DNA of 63,785 bases, counting the filler, from Bipalium vagum (Eukaryota): assembly GCA_037834085.1 (NCBI GenBank). It is 3 parts of 3 records of this genome, joined end to end, with 100 filler letters (N's around TTAATTAATTAA, not from the genome) between each part and the next. Parts side by side here need not be neighbours in the genome. Positions count along the whole stretch, not along the records: positions 47,096 to 63,785 come from JBBMKC010093363.1; 2 more parts are not named here. The stretch is one strand, 5' to 3'. The notes below the pieces were generated by a model, which was not told where the DNA came from, searched no databases, and worked only from the letters and a program-made list of their open reading frames with translations. Numbering within the stretch: the stretch's first letter is position 1; each line of letters starts with the position of its first letter. Made by a program: the position numbers and the translations under genes. Below, in pieces: positions 60,340-63,785 of the stretch.

Positions 60340-60900
60340 CGGCCGTAATTTGATATTTATATGAAAGAATTGTTACACTTCCTCTCTTAATTCACATAAC
60401 GTAGACATGTTATGATAATTTTTACGTAACTAAAATAAATGTTTGGAACGGACAAAATTTTATTTAAAAAACAAGTTTTTTCTTTCACGAACTTAATCGT
60501 TTGCACATAAATGTGCGCCTATTGTGGCTTGGCTTCATCTTCATTTTGGAGCAGGTCATCATCGCAGTCGTCGAGATTTTCAGCAGCATAATCAGACAGG
60601 CATTGATTTTGGTCGTCATTGAGGTTTTCATCTTCAATTTCGTGGAGCTCGAAGAAATTTACTGATTGTTTTCTAACATCTCTGTGAAATTTCCATTGCG
60701 CAGCACTCCATATGATATTAGACACCAAGCAGAATTTTCCGATTTTGGTTATTTGACATTTAGGAAATTGGAGACTTCTCAGAATTTCCTCATTTCACGT
60801 TTGCTATGATCCAAGGCTATACATGACCTTTCACATGCCCATGGACTGCGCTGACCGCTGAGCTATATTCCCGACCGATTTCAAATTATCTCACAAGTGT
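60340..60900 (-). mobile_element. Possible PIF/Harbinger transposase 3' relic
   Basis: VSNIIWSAAQWKF followed by an acidic tail resembles Harbinger IIxACxxLHNF plus acidic C-terminus. Confidence 0.28.
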
Positions 60901-61999
60901 ATTTGTTAATTTTCAATGAAACATGTTTCTTAAAATAGTAACTTATTAAATATAGAACCCTTTCGATTTTAGGCTGTTAGTTTTTCTCTAATTAGAAAAA
61001 ATCTGCCAAAAATAGGAAAAAATTATTTTAACCAATCAAGCGGAAGTGCAAATCTTCTTTAAGAAGGCACAGAAAAGAATACGTCTTGAATTATTCGAAA
61101 TAAATAGAGCAAATAAAAAGTACATGCTGGTCCAAATGTCATTAATTTCCCAAACACTTGTGAAGACAAGTCAATTTAAAAGTGATGGAAGACTATACTT
61201 GTCATCACTAATCTTTTAACAACTTTTCCCTTTTCCGTGCTCACCGTTTAAATCGATTCTGATTCTCACTAAGCAACAGAATGCGTATTTAAAACCTGGA
61301 GAATAATAAAATTATTTAAATAATAATTGTATAATTAATTTGTGAATAATATAATGACAAATGTATTTACTTAATTAAGCCTGTGTGCGTGGGTCTTCTA
61401 TTTATTTACACTACCTCAAAAAATTGTAAATTACTTTGTAACCTTTGTATACTAAGAGAGATATCAAAGCCCGACAATGCAGTCAACAAAGAATAAATTA
61501 TTAGGAATGCAGAATGTTAGGGACTTATTTTCGTTGTAATGTTCCATGGGAATGTTAATGATCTTAATACTGGTGCAGTCGCCATATTAAAATCTGCTTG
61601 GTTGATAATCCAAGAGACCCTATTTTGCCAATAATTTACAAGTGATATCAACAGCAACAACATTAATGATCAAATTGAATTTATCAAACCACGGGATTTT
61701 AATTATTATTAATTATCATTATTATTATTTTAGGAAATAACTTTAAATTTTAACATTATTAAATAATGTCAAATTTAAAAATGCATTAATCAATATATTG
61801 ATTACATTTTATTATCGATTAAGTAAAATTCTATAATACTCAATACACGTAATATTTAAAACAAAAAATACTTTTCATTAAATTTTTCAATATTTTATTA
61901 TTATTATTTATTATTTTTAAAAATAATTATAATATTAATTAACCACGACATTGTAAATAGGGTTTTTTGAAATTAAAAATTTCCCGCGGTCTGATTGAC

Positions 62000-63400
62000 A
62001 TCCTTATGGCGATAACCGTTTGAATTTTGTTATCACACAATTCAAATGGAAAGGCTGCTCAACTAATTTGACCATAAAACATGGAGTCATCATCTGCTCC
62101 AATCCGCATTCATGTTTGAATAAGGTCTAAAAATAGAATCTGTGTGTGCCAAACAGTTTGGCCGAATTGATAAATTATCCCTATTTAATTGTTTTGGTCA
62201 TACTATGTAAATAGTGAGACTCATTATTCGAAAATAGATCTGTTCGGTAAAGTGGTCAGGATAAATCAGTGACGATGAAGGAGGTCAACATTAAAATAGC
62301 AGACGAGCTCTGCCTGGTCACGTTGACAGTGTAACTGGGACTTGTTGAGAAGACTAATGAAATAAGAGGACCTCTTTGACTGCAGAGGTGTTATTATCTG
62401 GAATGGAAGAAAATGGAGTGGAAACACAATTCGTCGCTCGTATTTTCTCTTCGTTTCAGCTTGGACGTCGGATGGGGTCACAAGTAAAACTTTCTGATGG
62501 AAATTCCTCTCAATGCTCAGCTTTGTCACAGTACTTTTCCTCATTTAACGATGGATGGAGTTGAAATGCTTAATTGAGTTTATCAATTCTGCCATCTCAA
62601 TATTGGCTCCGGCTTAGGCTGTCTGGTGAATGTCAGCCGACTCCTTCGAGTGCTCTTCAATTAATTGAAGAGGTTTGTGGCAACCGATAATATCTCGTCA
62701 ACGCTGAGTACATTTTCAAAATCACGATGAAGAATCTTGATAAATTCTGCTGAAACTGTTTTGTCAATGATTTTCAGCAAGCTTTGGATTACCAACTTCT
62801 CGCTTTACCAGTGTATCCGTACCAACAGGGGTCTGGGTCACTCTTTGTTTATTTCTTTAGACGAGGGTTCTGAGCTGGACATACTCTAATCTGTCTCCTT
62901 TGGATAATATTGCTTCGGTATGATGGATCGACTTCATTAATTATTTTACCTCATACGAACCTCGCATTAGAGCTCCTAGAAGTATTTCCCTTCGAAAGCA
63001 AGCATTTCCTTTAAAGTCACTGAGGGGTAACGGGTATGTTTCCATTAAAAGTTTTAGAAAAGTCAAGACGGTGAACATTCACTTTAGTATTAACTTTGGC
63101 AAGGTGTGGGTCAAGCTTGGGAATCATAACAGCCAAAACAACTCCTTTCCACCTCTTGTATCTGTGCAGATAAGTCTTCAAAGAACCTAAAAGCATGGAT
63201 TCTTGAATAAGTAGCATCTTCAGAATCTGTATCTTCGATAAGATCCCACATCTCACGTTTCGAAGTCTCTTATAATTGTACAAGTAGTTCTCTTCATAAC
63301 TGGTCCTTGGGTTCATCGCTTTCAAAATTCTAAAGAAGAGATACCCTGGATATCAGCCTTTACTTACTGAAGATGAAAAGGCATAAGAAATGTACCCCTC
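62000..63400 (-). mobile_element. Decayed coding-like repeat, possibly LTR-retrotransposon gag
   Basis: Elevated GC, broken ORFs, and KYCDKAEH resembling a degenerate CCHC knuckle. No LTR or reverse transcriptase seen. Confidence 0.28.
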
Positions 63401-63717
63401 CTCGTTCCATTGATAAAAGTAACTAAGAAAACCTTAATATAAAATTAAGATCAATAAAAGGTTGAGAATTAAGCATACCCTCAACCTCATGTTTATCCTT
63501 CGCACCTTGTGTCCGTGGAAGGATAAGATTTGATGTTCGACAATCAAAGATCAGGGATCAATTTAACTGTTTGACAATTTAACCGTTCCAGTCTCAATGA
63601 AAATGATAATAATTTAATATAATAATAATAAAAAATTAAATAACTTTATAATAATCAAGGAAGGAAAGAAAAATCAATAGAAATAGCGGAGATAATCATC
63701 ATCATCAATAATAGCAG

Positions 63718-63720
<3 letters not shown>

Positions 63721-63785
<65 letters not shown>
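63721..63785. repeat. (AAT)n microsatellite running off the window end
   Basis: Directly visible perfect run. Confidence 0.95.

Overview
This is very AT-rich animal (eukaryotic) genomic DNA. The proteins look invertebrate, possibly lophotrochozoan, but the taxon cannot be fixed from this window. It is three contigs joined by two artificial 100-nt spacers (44 N + TTAATTAATTAA + 44 N at 27079-27178 and 46996-47095), so adjacency across those points is unproven. Spliced genes reconstructed by hand: REEP5/DP1 (+, 5 exons, last one probably about 9.8 kb downstream), REXO4 (-, 6 exons, the first three tiny), CARM1/PRMT4 (-, 3 exons), the post-motor part of a KIF26/VAB-8 kinesin (+, 8 exons, motor exons absent), two internal exons of a plasma-membrane Ca2+-ATPase (+), and two exons of an unidentified minus-strand gene at the left edge. 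Introns are bimodal, either about 42-63 nt or several kb and filled with transposon relics. Much of the rest is decayed DNA transposons: mariner, Tc1, IS630-like, pogo/Tigger and a MITE, with weaker Merlin, piggyBac, hAT, Harbinger, LINE and LTR traces, plus (AAT)n microsatellites. Two multi-layer insertion nests can be resolved (15.0-18.9 kb and 50.2-53.6 kb). I found no clearly novel multi-gene system. The best leads are a 901-bp foldback element with about 196-bp arms and an internal structured RNA-like core near the PMCA exons, the IS630-like elements, an Hsmar1-like mariner, an orphan GC-rich candidate first exon, and an intronic X-box motif cluster. Element boundaries without clear terminal repeats are approximate.
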